Part shown: positions 24,697-34,071 of the stretch, piece by piece
Layout: each line of letters begins with the position of its first letter
How positions within the stretch are numbered: the first letter of the stretch is position 1
Assembly (NCBI GenBank): GCA_035630135.1
Contig: DASQLF010000172.1
Coordinates: 1-50,892 of the forward strand
DNA length: 50,892 nt
DNA from: Gaiellaceae bacterium
GTDB lineage: Bacteria; Actinomycetota; Thermoleophilia; Gaiellales; Gaiellaceae
Direction of reading: 5' to 3'
The notes under the pieces: generated by a model
The model's input: only the letters and a program-made list of their open reading frames with translations
What the model was told of the DNA's origin: nothing
Database searches by the model: none
Program-made: the position numbers and the translations under genes

Positions 24697-26784
24697 ATGC
24701 GCTCGCTGCCCGTCGCATTCGCCCGGCTGGACGCGCCGGAGACCTGGCCCCGGCCGCCGCGCTCGCCGCGGCCGGAGGTGCTCGACGCCTCGCTCGAGAC
24801 GCTCGACGGCGTGGGGCCGACGATCGCCCGGAGGCTCGCGAAGCTCGGTCTGCAGACGATCGGCGACGCCTTGTGGCAGCGTCCGCGTCGTTACGAGGAG
24901 CCCGTTCCGACGAAGAGGATCTGCGACCTCTTCGGTGACGAGGAGGCGGTGGTCGAGGGCGTCGTCCGATCTGCGACGAGCCGCCGGCGTGGACGGCTGA
25001 AGATCCTCACCGCGCGTATCGCCGACGACACGGGCGAGATCAAGGCAACTTGGTTCAACCAGCCATGGCTCGAGACGAAGCTCGTGTCGGGAACGCCGAT
25101 CCGCATCCGCGGCCGCTCGAATCGTCACGGCATCACGGTCACGTCCTATGACCTCGACGGCGAGGCCGAGACAGCGGATCTCGCACCCGTCTACCCGGCG
25201 ACGGAGGACGTTTCGCAGAAGTCGCTTCGCAGCGTGCACGGCCAGGCGCTCGGGCGGGCCTGGGCCGTGGGGGAGGACCTGCCGGCGGCACTTCTCGCCG
25301 CCGAGCGGCTGCCGTCGCGCACGGACGCGCTCGCCGCGATCCACCGGCCGCGTTCGCTCCCGGAGGCCGAGATCGGCCGCGTCAGGCTCGCCTTCGACGA
25401 GCTGGTCGTCCTGCGTCTCGCGCTACTTCGCAGCGCTGTGGCGCGCGAGAGCGCCTCCGCGCAGCCGCTCGGCACGCCGGGTGAGCTGATCGAGCGATAT
25501 CGAGGCTCGTTGCCGTTCGCGCTCACGGGCGACCAGGAACGGGCAATGGCGGAGATCGACGCGGATCTCGACCGCGCGGTTCCCATGCAACGGCTCCTGC
25601 AAGGCGACGTCGGCTCGGGCAAGACCGTGGTCGCGCTGCATGCGCTGCTGCGCGCGGTCGAGCGAGAGCGCCAGGGCGCGCTCATGGCGCCGACGGAGAC
25701 CCTCGCGGAGCAGCACTTCCTGACAATCGACGAGCTCTGCACGCCGCTGGGCATCCGGGTGACGCTCCTGACCAGCTCGCTGCGGGCAAAGGAGCACGGC
25801 GCGGCTCGGGGGCTGATCGCGTCCGGGGACGCGCAGGTCGTCGTCGGCACCCACGCACTCATCGAGAAGGAGGTGGACTTCCGCGACCTCGCGGTCGCCG
25901 TCGTCGACGAGCAGCACCGCTTCGGCGTCGCACAGCGAACGGCCCTTGTGGAGGGTCGCAGCCCGCACGTCCTGCACCTGACCGCGACGCCGATCCCGCG
26001 CACGCTCGCGCTCACCGTCTACGGAGACCTCGAGGTCTCCGAGCTCGCCCTGCCGCCGGCGGACCGCAAGCCGATCGTCACGGCGTGGGTGACCGACGAC
26101 CGCAGCTCCGAGGCGTACTCGAGGCTGTGCCGCCACCTGGACGACGGCCGGCAGGCGTACGTCGTCTGCCCGCTCATCGAGGCGTCGGAGACCACGGTCG
26201 CCCGCGCTGCCGAGGCGGAGGCCGAGCGCCTACGCTCCGCGGAGCTCCGCGGCTATCGGGTCGGCTGTCTCCACGGACGTCTGCGGCCCACCGAGCGCCG
26301 CAACGTCATGGCGCAGTTCAAGGCGGGTGAGCTCGACGTCCTCGTCGCGACGACGGTGATCGAGGTCGGTGTCGACGTGCCGAACGCGACGATCATGATC
26401 GTCCAGGAGGCCGACCGCTTCGGCCTCGCCCAGCTCCACCAGCTTCGCGGGCGGGTCGGCCGTGGAGCGGAGCAGTCGTACTGCCTGCTCGTGTCACGAC
26501 CCCGCGACGAGCTCTCGGAGTCGGCGAGCGAGCGACTCGAGGCGATGGTCGCGACGACGGACGGCTTCGAGCTCGCCGAGCGAGATCTCGAGATCCGCGG
26601 CGAAGGGCAGCTCCTCGGCGCGCGCCAGTCCGGCTACTCGGATCTCCGCTTCGTCCGCCTCCGCCGCGACCAGGACCTCCTCGAGCGCGCCCGCGACGCC
26701 GCGCGCGCGCTACCGGACGAAGGACTCCTCGCCGAAGCGGTCGACCGCCTCCTCGGCGAGGCCGAGCACCTGGGAGAGTCGTGA
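24697..26784 (+). CDS. recG: ATP-dependent DNA helicase RecG
   Basis: ATG 24697. Wedge/OB domain, GDVGSGKT, VVDEQHRFG and QLHQLRGRVGRG motifs. The upstream part of the 804-aa track ORF overlaps the previous gene and is rejected. Confidence 0.94.
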   Translation: MRSLPVAFARLDAPETWPRPPRSPRPEVLDASLETLDGVGPTIARRLAKLGLQTIGDALWQRPRRYEEPVPTKRICDLFGDEEAVVEGVVRSATSRRRGRLKILTARIADDTGEIKATWFNQPWLETKLVSGTPIRIRGRSNRHGITVTSYDLDGEAETADLAPVYPATEDVSQKSLRSVHGQALGRAWAVGEDLPAALLAAERLPSRTDALAAIHRPRSLPEAEIGRVRLAFDELVVLRLALLRSAVARESASAQPLGTPGELIERYRGSLPFALTGDQERAMAEIDADLDRAVPMQRLLQGDVGSGKTVVALHALLRAVERERQGALMAPTETLAEQHFLTIDELCTPLGIRVTLLTSSLRAKEHGAARGLIASGDAQVVVGTHALIEKEVDFRDLAVAVVDEQHRFGVAQRTALVEGRSPHVLHLTATPIPRTLALTVYGDLEVSELALPPADRKPIVTAWVTDDRSSEAYSRLCRHLDDGRQAYVVCPLIEASETTVARAAEAEAERLRSAELRGYRVGCLHGRLRPTERRNVMAQFKAGELDVLVATTVIEVGVDVPNATIMIVQEADRFGLAQLHQLRGRVGRGAEQSYCLLVSRPRDELSESASERLEAMVATTDGFELAERDLEIRGEGQLLGARQSGYSDLRFVRLRRDQDLLERARDAARALPDEGLLAEAVDRLLGEAEHLGES

Positions 26785-27314
26785 GGATCGTCGCCGGCTC
26801 GCGGAAGGGCCACCGGATCGCGGCGCCGAAGGGCGTCGACACCCGGCCGACGAGCGATCGCGTGCGCGAGGCCGTCTTCTCGATGCTCGGGACGGTCGAG
26901 GGCGCTGCCGTGCTCGACCTTTTCGCCGGCTCGGGCGCGATGGGGCTCGAGGCGCTGTCACGCGGCGCCGCGAGCTGCACGTTCGTCGAGCGCGACCGCG
27001 CAGCGGCGCGCGTCATTGGCGCCAACCTCGAGAAGCTGCGCCTTACGGGAGCCGTCGTCGTGAACGGTGACGTCGCCCGGGCCCTTCGCGATGAGCGGTC
27101 ACGTGGGCGACGGTTCGACCTCGTCCTCGTCGACCCGCCCTACGACGAGTGGGATGCCCACGCCAGAGATCTCTCCGAGCTTCTTCCGGGCCTGCTCGCC
27201 GACGATGCGCTCGCCGTGCTCGAGACCTCCGACCGCGTCGAGCCCGAGCTTCCGCTCGACCTCGTCACGACGCGGCGCTACGGTTCCGCCCGCATCACCG
27301 TCTTTTCCCGATGA
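26781..27314 (+). CDS. rsmD: 16S rRNA (guanine966-N2)-methyltransferase RsmD
   Basis: GTG 26781 overlaps the recG stop (GTGA). RIVAGSRKGHRI..P....RPTSDRVREAVF, and LVLVDPPYD. Confidence 0.9.
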   Translation: MRIVAGSRKGHRIAAPKGVDTRPTSDRVREAVFSMLGTVEGAAVLDLFAGSGAMGLEALSRGAASCTFVERDRAAARVIGANLEKLRLTGAVVVNGDVARALRDERSRGRRFDLVLVDPPYDEWDAHARDLSELLPGLLADDALAVLETSDRVEPELPLDLVTTRRYGSARITVFSR

Positions 27315-27826
27315 TCACCGCAATCTGCCCAGGGAGTTACGACCCGGTCACGAACGGCCACGTCGACATCATCCGGCGCGCGGCCGCGATCTTCGACCGC
27401 GTCGTCGTCGGTGTCGTCCGAGACCCGGCGCACAAGCAGACGCTCTTCACCGTCGAGGAGCGCGTCACCTTCCTCGAGGACGCCCTCAGTGCCTGCGAGA
27501 ACGCCGTGGTCGACGTCTTCTCCGAGCTCGTCGTCGACTTCGCCCGCAAGCACGACGCGACGACGATGGTGAAGGGGCTTCGCGTCATCGCGGACTTCGA
27601 GTGGGAGTTCCAGATGAACCACCTGAACCGGTTGCTCGCGCCGGAGGTCGAGACCCTCTACGTCATGTCGAGCCCGCTCTACTCTTTCGTGTCGTCGAGC
27701 GGCGTCAAGGAGATCGCGGCGTTCGGCGGCAAGGTCGACGAGCTCGTGCCACCGGCCGTGGCGCGCCGGTTCGAGGAGATCTATCCCAACGGTAGGCCCG
27801 GCGCTCCCGTCTCGCCCTCCGAATAG
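27311..27826 (+). CDS. coaD: phosphopantetheine adenylyltransferase
   Basis: ATG 27311 overlaps the rsmD stop (ATGA). CPGSYDPVTNGHVDII, and VKGLRVIADFEWEFQMNHLN. Confidence 0.94.
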   Translation: MITAICPGSYDPVTNGHVDIIRRAAAIFDRVVVGVVRDPAHKQTLFTVEERVTFLEDALSACENAVVDVFSELVVDFARKHDATTMVKGLRVIADFEWEFQMNHLNRLLAPEVETLYVMSSPLYSFVSSSGVKEIAAFGGKVDELVPPAVARRFEEIYPNGRPGAPVSPSE

Positions 27827-27846
27827 GCATCTAGACTTTCCGCCCT

Positions 27847-28368
27847 ATGGACGTACTCGTGCTCATCGACAGGCTCGACGACCTCGTGCACAACGCGAAG
27901 GCCGTCCCCCTCACCGACCAGGTTCGCCTCGACCGCGAGGAGATCTACGAGATCCTCGACCAGATGCGGGCGACCATCCCCGAGGAGATCAAGCAGGCCC
28001 GCTGGATCGTCAAGGAGCGTCAGGAGATGCTCGCCGAGGCGAAGCGGGAGTGCGACCGGATCATCCAGGACGCGCGCGAGCAGGCCATGCGTGAGGCCTC
28101 GCAGACGGAGATCGTCAAGCTCGCCGAGAAGCAGGCCGACGACATCGTCGACGACGCGAAGCGCCAGGCGCGCGAGACGCGGCTCGAGATGGAGGACTGG
28201 GCGGACTCGATCCTCTCGACCCTCGAGCTGAACCTCGACAAGTTCCTGACGGCCGTGAAGCGCGGCCGCGAGCGCCTCCACGAGCGCTCGCAGGAGACGG
28301 TCGTGGCCGGCGTCGGTCCCGAGCTCGATCCGGCAGAGCCGCCGGCCGAGTTCGATCGTTTCTCGTAA
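27847..28368 (+). CDS. conserved coiled-coil protein (family often annotated as ATP synthase B-like/ATPase); function unknown
   Basis: MDVLVLIDRLDDLVHNAKAVPLTDQVRLDREEIYEILDQMRATIPEEIKQARWI, followed by a long charged heptad-like region. Confidence 0.7.
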   Translation: MDVLVLIDRLDDLVHNAKAVPLTDQVRLDREEIYEILDQMRATIPEEIKQARWIVKERQEMLAEAKRECDRIIQDAREQAMREASQTEIVKLAEKQADDIVDDAKRQARETRLEMEDWADSILSTLELNLDKFLTAVKRGRERLHERSQETVVAGVGPELDPAEPPAEFDRFS

Positions 28369-28371
28369 GGG

Positions 28372-29310
28372 CTAAGCGGCCGCAGGCTCGGCGGCAAAGT
28401 CGCGACAGACGTCGACGGCCGTCTCGACAAAGGCCTCGGCCGCCGCGCTGCGGTGACGATCGGCGTGCCAGACCAGTCCGATGACGCGCGGGGGAACCCG
28501 CCCGTGCAGGTCGAGGACGGCGACGCTCGGGTCGTCCTCGTCGACCGTGAGCCGCGGTGACAGCGCGAGTCCGACACCAGCGCCGACGAGGCCCTGCACG
28601 GTGCCGTTGTTGTCCGAGCGAAACACGACGTTCGGCGCCCGGCCGGTCGAGGCCAGCGTCGTCTCCACGTGATCCATCGCGCTGCAGTAGTTGAAGCCGA
28701 TGAGAGGGTGGAGCACGATCTCCTTGAGCGTCGGCGCGCGCTTGAGCTCTGCGAGGGGCGAGTCGGCCGGCACGACCAGCACGTACGGATCGTGGAGGAG
28801 CTCGATCGTCTCGTAGGGGCCGGCCACGGTCGGAAGCGTCCAGAACGTGAGATCCAGCTCGCCGCGTTCGATCATCTCGAGCAACTCGCTCTCGTCCGGC
28901 GACTCGCGCAGCACCACCTCGACATCGGGATGCGACTCCGAGAAGCGGCGAAGAAGACGGGGGATGATCTTCGCGCCGACGCTCTGGAAGGTGCCGACGC
29001 GCAGACGGCCGGCGTCACCCGCCTCGAGCGCGCTCATGTCCGCTTTCGCGGCGAGGAGGCGCGCCTGGATCGCTTCGGCGTGCCGGAGCAGGATCTCGCC
29101 CGCCTCGGTCAACGAGATCGGCCTCGGACCTCCTGGGCGCTCGATGAGCCGCATCCCGACGATGCGCTCGAGCGTGGCGATCTGCTGGGAAACCGCGGAC
29201 TGGGTGTATCCGAGCTTCTCGGCCGCCTTGCCGAACGAGCGCTCGTCCGCAATCGCTTTCAGGGCGACCAGATGGCGGAGATCGAGCCCGAGCCAGCGAT
29301 CAGCTTCCAT
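28372..29310 (-). CDS. LysR-family transcriptional regulator
   Basis: LRHLVALKAIADERSFGKAAEKLGYTQSAVSQQIATLERIVGMRLIER HTH, followed by a substrate-binding domain. Confidence 0.9.
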   Translation of the reverse strand: MEADRWLGLDLRHLVALKAIADERSFGKAAEKLGYTQSAVSQQIATLERIVGMRLIERPGGPRPISLTEAGEILLRHAEAIQARLLAAKADMSALEAGDAGRLRVGTFQSVGAKIIPRLLRRFSESHPDVEVVLRESPDESELLEMIERGELDLTFWTLPTVAGPYETIELLHDPYVLVVPADSPLAELKRAPTLKEIVLHPLIGFNYCSAMDHVETTLASTGRAPNVVFRSDNNGTVQGLVGAGVGLALSPRLTVDEDDPSVAVLDLHGRVPPRVIGLVWHADRHRSAAAEAFVETAVDVCRDFAAEPAAA

Positions 29311-29413
29311 GATCGCACGGTAGCACTACGAGCAGAAGGGCTAATCGTCGCGATGGGCCGTACGGCCGACTGCCGATGCGCGATCACGAGACCCCGGGCG
29401 TTACCCTTTCCGC

Positions 29414-29923
29414 ATGACCAGGGTCGATCTCAGAACGCTTCGCCTTCGCCCCGGGGAGGTCCGCACGGGGAGCTGGGACGTGGAGCTCGAGCCGTTCGTG
29501 CTCGGCGGGCTGCGCTACGCGCCGGCGAGCTCGACGATCCCTGTCGAGCTGCAGATCTCCCAGGCATCGGGGGCCATGGTCTTCGACATGAAGCTGCACG
29601 CGCATCTGAGCGGCGCATGCATGCGCTGCCTTGCACACGCCGAGGTCGACCGCGACGTGGGCGCGCGCGAGTTCCACGATCTCGATGCCCCCTCCGGCGA
29701 CGAGCTCCGCTCCGACTACGTGGTCGACAACCAGCTGCAGCTCGGCACCTGGACGCGTGACGCGATTGCGCTCGAGCTGCCCGACCAGATCGTCTGTCGC
29801 GATGACTGCGCCGGTCTCTGCCCGGTCTGCGGCAAGGATCTCAACGCCGAGCCGCACGAGCACCTCGAGCGCGACCCAGATCCGCGTTGGGCCGCGCTCG
29901 AAGGACTCAGGGACAACCTCTAG
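29414..29923 (+). CDS. yceD: YceD/DUF177 family protein (23S rRNA accumulation protein)
   Basis: The CMRCL...CRDDCAGLCPVCGKDLN cysteine pattern and acidic tail are typical of YceD. Confidence 0.85.
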   Translation: MTRVDLRTLRLRPGEVRTGSWDVELEPFVLGGLRYAPASSTIPVELQISQASGAMVFDMKLHAHLSGACMRCLAHAEVDRDVGAREFHDLDAPSGDELRSDYVVDNQLQLGTWTRDAIALELPDQIVCRDDCAGLCPVCGKDLNAEPHEHLERDPDPRWAALEGLRDNL

Positions 29924-31038
29924 CCGGCGAGCCGCATCTGCACGAGCCGGTAGCCGGCGATGCCACCGAGGCCCGGATCGCCGGGCCTGTACGCCTTCAC
30001 GAAGAACTGCACGTGGTAGCCGCGCCGCGGCTTCGGGAAGTTGCCGTTCGGCACGAGCTGGTACGTCACCCAGCCGTCAGCCGTCGTCACCTGGCGGTCG
30101 CCGCCGGTCGTCACGCGGGGTGTCGAGCGGACGAACACGAGCGCGTCGCGGACGACGAAGCCACGCGTGTCCTTCGTCCGCACGCGGACCGTGATCACGC
30201 CGTTCCGGGTTCGCATCGGCTCGGGCGCGAACAGCACCTGCGAAACGACGAGCCGATGGTTCGAAGGCACGCTCGTCGCCGGGATCGAGAGCTCACCGCT
30301 CGGCAGCCGGACCGCGCCCGAGGGAAGCGGCTCGGAGACGACCGCGGACTCGGTCGAGATCACGGTGAGCGCGCCGAGGGAGTTGCGCGCGGTCAGGTTG
30401 AAACGCAGCTTGCCGCCGACGTCGCTCTGGCTGACGCGGTAACTCCGCGACGTGCCGCCCGGGATCGACGCACACTCGCCACCCGCGTTGTTGCAGCGAA
30501 GCCAGCGGTACGAGTACGAGATGGGCGACTTCCCCGTCCAGGTTCCGGTCTCGGCCGTGACGACCTGTCCGACCACCATCGAGCCGCGCGGGAACGGCTG
30601 CGCCGTGTTCAGGGGCGGACCGACGACGGTGCCGCTCGGGTTCGAAGCCGCGACGCGCGAACCCTCCGCGTTCGTGGCCGACACGCGCACTCGCATGCGG
30701 AAGCCGACGTCGCTCGCGCCGAGACGGTGATCACGGCTCGTCGCTCCGGAGACGATCGTGCAATCACCGCCGTCGGGCCGGCCTCCGTCGGCGCCGCAGC
30801 GAACCCACTGGTACGCGTACGTGATCGGCTCCGTACCGCGCCACGAGCCGCGCGAGGCGGTGAGCGTTCGGCCCTGCTCTGCAGTGCCGCTGATCCTCGG
30901 CTCCGCGGTGCTCGAGGGCGGCGCAGTCGGAGCCGCGATGCCGTCGCTCGACGGGTGCACGAGGGCGGAGAATGCGATCGTCGCGAGGAGCACGACTCCT
31001 CCGACGATCCAGCGATCCGAACGAGCTCTCTCAGACAT
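29920..31038 (-). CDS. secreted protein with two tandem Ig-like repeats and a C-terminal beta-rich domain
   Basis: AAGGAGGGG SD upstream of ATG 31038. N-terminal TM/signal segment. The repeats are G..LTA..G.W.G..PI.Y.YQW.RC....C..I.G.TS..Y......DVG..... The 3' end overlaps the yceD stop convergently by 4 nt. Confidence 0.75.
   Translation of the reverse strand: MSERARSDRWIVGGVVLLATIAFSALVHPSSDGIAAPTAPPSSTAEPRISGTAEQGRTLTASRGSWRGTEPITYAYQWVRCGADGGRPDGGDCTIVSGATSRDHRLGASDVGFRMRVRVSATNAEGSRVAASNPSGTVVGPPLNTAQPFPRGSMVVGQVVTAETGTWTGKSPISYSYRWLRCNNAGGECASIPGGTSRSYRVSQSDVGGKLRFNLTARNSLGALTVISTESAVVSEPLPSGAVRLPSGELSIPATSVPSNHRLVVSQVLFAPEPMRTRNGVITVRVRTKDTRGFVVRDALVFVRSTPRVTTGGDRQVTTADGWVTYQLVPNGNFPKPRRGYHVQFFVKAYRPGDPGLGGIAGYRLVQMRLAG
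30343..30894 (-). repeat. two ~85-aa internal protein repeats (Ig-like repeat units)
   Basis: ISGTAEQGRTLTASRGSWRGTEPITYAYQWVRCG...DCTIVSGATSRDHRLGASDVGFRMRVRVSATN versus MVVGQVVTAETGTWTGKSPISYSYRWLRCNNAGGECASIPGGTSRSYRVSQSDVGGKLRFNLTARN. Confidence 0.8.
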
Positions 31039-31253
31039 GACCCCTCCTTGGTCTCGAGGGTTATGACGCCTCGGAGGGGTGAGCGTCGCGAACTCTTGCG
31101 AACCGCTAACAGGGTCTTACATCGCCCTTACCGGGTCGTCTACCATCCCGCACGGCGCCATCGAGGCGCTCTCCCATGACGGACTGACGCCTCCACTCCC
31201 GTTCTCGCGCGCGTCGCTCGACGTGCGCCGTCCTACGGTCTCGGAGGTCGTCC

Positions 31254-32840
31254 ATGCGAGTGCAGCTCGCGGGCGTCGGCAGGCAGCACGGCGCCCAAGT
31301 CATTCTCGAAGAGGTCACGCTCACGGTCGGCCCGCAGGCCCGCATCGGCCTCGTGGGCCCGAACGGCGTGGGCAAGTCGACCCTACTCCGGATAGTGGCC
31401 GGTCTCGAGCAGCCCGACACCGGATCCGTGATCCGCGCTCCCGAGCGGCTGATCGTCGGCTACCTCGCGCAGGAGCGGTCGAGCGAACTGGGCGTCTCGG
31501 TGCTCGACGTGCTCGCGCGACGCGCGGGCATCGAAGCGGCCGAGCGCGATCTCGAGGAGGCCGCACGCGCGCTCGCAGTCGGGGAGCCGGCTGACGATCG
31601 CTACGCGGCAGCGCTCGACCGGCTCGTCGCGCTCGGCGCCGAGAGCTTCGAGTCGCGGGCGAGGACGACCTGCGCCGATCTCGGACTCGGCGTCGACCTC
31701 GGGCGAGAGCTCGTCGGACTCTCCGGCGGCGAGGCCGCGCGGGTGGCGCTCGCGGCCATCCTGCTCTCCCGCTTCGACGTCCTGCTCCTGGACGAGCCCA
31801 CGAACGACCTCGACTTCGACGGTCTCGCGCGGCTCGAGCGCTTCCTCGAGACCTATCGCGGTGCGCTGGTCGTCGTCTCTCACGATCGAGAGTTCCTCGA
31901 CCGGACGGTCACCCGGATCGTCTCGATCGAGGCCGACACGCATCGCGTGCGGGAGTGGGCGGGAGGCTTCAGCGACTACGAAGTTGCTCGTGACACGGAG
32001 CGCGCCTCGGCGCTCGCCGAGTACGAGCACGCGCAGCTCCGCCGCAGGCAGCTGACGGCGCTTCTGAGCGAGCGGCGCACGGACGCGCGCGGGAGGGGCG
32101 CGTCGCTCGGGGACAAGACCGGCGGCCAGGATCGGCGGGCGACCCATGCGCTGCAGACGAAGGTGCGGCAGGCCGAGCGGCTCCTCGAGCGCAACGAGCT
32201 TCCTCCGAAGCCGTTCGAGGGATGGAAGCTCGAGCTGGCTATCCAGGAGGGTGGCCGGCCGTCGGATCTCGTGCTGCGGCTCACAGGCGTCGTTGTCGAG
32301 CGCGGATCCTTCCGCCTCGGACCGCTCGACCTCGACTTGGCTCCCGGCGAGCGTCTGTCCGTCGTCGGCGCGAACGGAACCGGGAAGTCCACGCTCCTGC
32401 GGGCGGTCCTCGACGGTTCCGGCGTCACCGAAGGAGAGCGCGCCGTAGGCCGGCGCACGACGATCGGCGCGATCGGGCAGGAGCGCGAGGCGTACTCGGG
32501 ACCGACTCCGCTCGTGGACGAGTCGATGCAGCGGGCGGGGCTCTCTCGCGTCGACGCCCGCACCCTGCTCGCGAAGTTCGGCTTGCGTGCCGACCACATC
32601 GGCCGGGCGTGTTCCTCGCTCTCGCCGGGCGAGCGGACGCGAGCGCATCTGGCGGAGCTCCAGGCTCGTGGCGTCAACCTGCTGATCCTCGACGAGCCGA
32701 CCAACCATCTCGACCTGGAGGCGGTCGAACAGCTCGAGAGCGCACTGGTCGGTTACGGCGGAACGCTCGTGGTGGTCTCTCACGACCGGCGGTTCCTCGA
32801 ACGGCTGGGTCCGACCAGGGAGATTGTCCTCCCGCTATAG
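31254..32840 (+). CDS. ABC-F family ATPase (two ABC cassettes, no transmembrane domain)
   Basis: GGAGG 6 nt upstream of ATG 31254. GPNGVGKSTLL / LSGGEAARVALA / LLLDEPTNDLD, then GANGTGKSTLL / LSPGERTRAHLA / LILDEPTNHLD, with a charged ~80-aa inter-domain linker. Confidence 0.9.
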   Translation: MRVQLAGVGRQHGAQVILEEVTLTVGPQARIGLVGPNGVGKSTLLRIVAGLEQPDTGSVIRAPERLIVGYLAQERSSELGVSVLDVLARRAGIEAAERDLEEAARALAVGEPADDRYAAALDRLVALGAESFESRARTTCADLGLGVDLGRELVGLSGGEAARVALAAILLSRFDVLLLDEPTNDLDFDGLARLERFLETYRGALVVVSHDREFLDRTVTRIVSIEADTHRVREWAGGFSDYEVARDTERASALAEYEHAQLRRRQLTALLSERRTDARGRGASLGDKTGGQDRRATHALQTKVRQAERLLERNELPPKPFEGWKLELAIQEGGRPSDLVLRLTGVVVERGSFRLGPLDLDLAPGERLSVVGANGTGKSTLLRAVLDGSGVTEGERAVGRRTTIGAIGQEREAYSGPTPLVDESMQRAGLSRVDARTLLAKFGLRADHIGRACSSLSPGERTRAHLAELQARGVNLLILDEPTNHLDLEAVEQLESALVGYGGTLVVVSHDRRFLERLGPTREIVLPL

Positions 32841-32853
32841 TCCTCACCCGCTC

Positions 32854-33042
32854 ATGGCCGTTCCGAAGCGAAAGACATCGCCGGCGCGTCGCGACAAGCG
32901 CCGCGCCCAGCACGGGATCTCCGCCCCGCACCTCCAGGTCTGCCCCGTCTGCAAGCAGCCCAAGCAGATGCACCGCGTCTGTCCGAACTGCAAGACGTAC
33001 AGGGGTCGTGACGTGGAGCCGCTCCGCCTCGACGCGCCGTAG
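32854..33042 (+). CDS. rpmF: 50S ribosomal protein L32 (zinc-ribbon C+ form)
   Basis: MAVPKRKTSPARRDKRRA...CPVCKQPKQMHRVCPNC. Confidence 0.95.
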   Translation: MAVPKRKTSPARRDKRRAQHGISAPHLQVCPVCKQPKQMHRVCPNCKTYRGRDVEPLRLDAP

Positions 33043-33053
33043 ATACTCCGCCC

Positions 33054-34061
33054 ATGATTCGCGTCGCGGTCGACGCATTGGGTGGTGATCGTGCGCCGGA
33101 CGAGATCGTCCAGGGTGCCGTCGACGCGATGTCCGACGACATCCAGCCCGTCCTCGTCGGGCCGCCGGGACTGGAGACGCTCGGTTTGCCGCTCATCGAG
33201 GCCGCCGAAGCGATCGACATGGACGACCACGCCGTCGACGCGGTTCGGGCGAAGCCGGACTCGTCACTCGTCCGGGCAGTGCGCGCCGTTGCCGACACCG
33301 ACGCCGACGCCGTCGTGTCGGCCGGCAACACGGGGGCGATGCTCGCCGCGTCCCTCCTGCACGTCCGCCGGCTGCAGGGCGTCCATCGGCCGGGGATCGC
33401 GATCGTCATTCCCACGAAGGTCGGCCGCAGCGTCCTCATCGACGCGGGGGCGAACGCCGACGCGCGGCCCGAGCACCTGCTCCAGTTCGCGCACATGGGC
33501 GCGGTCTTCGCGGAGGAGATCCTCGGGATCCTGAGTCCGGAGGTGCGCCTGCTCTCGATCGGCGAGGAGCCCGAGAAGGGAAATGCGCTGACGCTCGAGG
33601 CGCACGAGCTCCTACGAGGCGCCGATCACCTGCGGTTCGGCGGCAACGTCGAGGGACGCACGCTCCTCGAAGGCGAGGCCGACGTGGTCGTCGCTGACGG
33701 CTTCACCGGAAACGTGGCGCTGAAGACGCTCGAAGGAACTGTGAAGAGCCTGCTCGACGCGCTGCGGTCGGAGCTCGAGTCCTCGGTGCGCGGCAAGCTG
33801 GGAGGGGTGCTCATCCGTCCCGCCGCGCGCGGACTGCGCACCCGCCTCGACCCGGAGACGTACGGCGGCGGCTATCTCCTCGGCCTGAACGGCCTCGTCG
33901 TGATCGCGCACGGCTCGAGCTCCCGCGTGGCGATCGCGAACGCCATTGGCCACGCGGCGCGGGGTGTTGAGCACCGGGTCGTGGAGCGGCTCAGGGAGCG
34001 GATTTCCCCGACGACTCTGTTAGAGTCGGCGCGCTCCACGACCCCGACGGTAGAGAGGTGA
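33054..34061 (+). CDS. plsX: phosphate acyltransferase PlsX
   Basis: MIRVAVDALGGDRAP start; VVSAGNTGAMLAAS; GFTGNVALKTLEG. Confidence 0.95.
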   Translation: MIRVAVDALGGDRAPDEIVQGAVDAMSDDIQPVLVGPPGLETLGLPLIEAAEAIDMDDHAVDAVRAKPDSSLVRAVRAVADTDADAVVSAGNTGAMLAASLLHVRRLQGVHRPGIAIVIPTKVGRSVLIDAGANADARPEHLLQFAHMGAVFAEEILGILSPEVRLLSIGEEPEKGNALTLEAHELLRGADHLRFGGNVEGRTLLEGEADVVVADGFTGNVALKTLEGTVKSLLDALRSELESSVRGKLGGVLIRPAARGLRTRLDPETYGGGYLLGLNGLVVIAHGSSSRVAIANAIGHAARGVEHRVVERLRERISPTTLLESARSTTPTVER

Positions 34062-34071
34062 GATTTCAGGC

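Noticed and set aside
29311-29413. Searched the LysR/yceD divergent region for a classical T-N11-A LysR box.
   Set aside because: Only an imperfect ATCGCAC...GTCGCGAT pair spaced about 30 nt apart is present. No convincing T-N11-A dyad was found, and no obvious target gene other than yceD.
31114-31137. GTCTTACATCGCCCTTACC in the ABC-F leader resembles the CCTTACA arm of the 18-bp palindromes, with two direct CTTAC copies 11 nt apart.
   Set aside because: It has no inverted TGTAAGG arm and is not palindromic. The two 5-mers could easily occur by chance, so it is not counted as a third operator.
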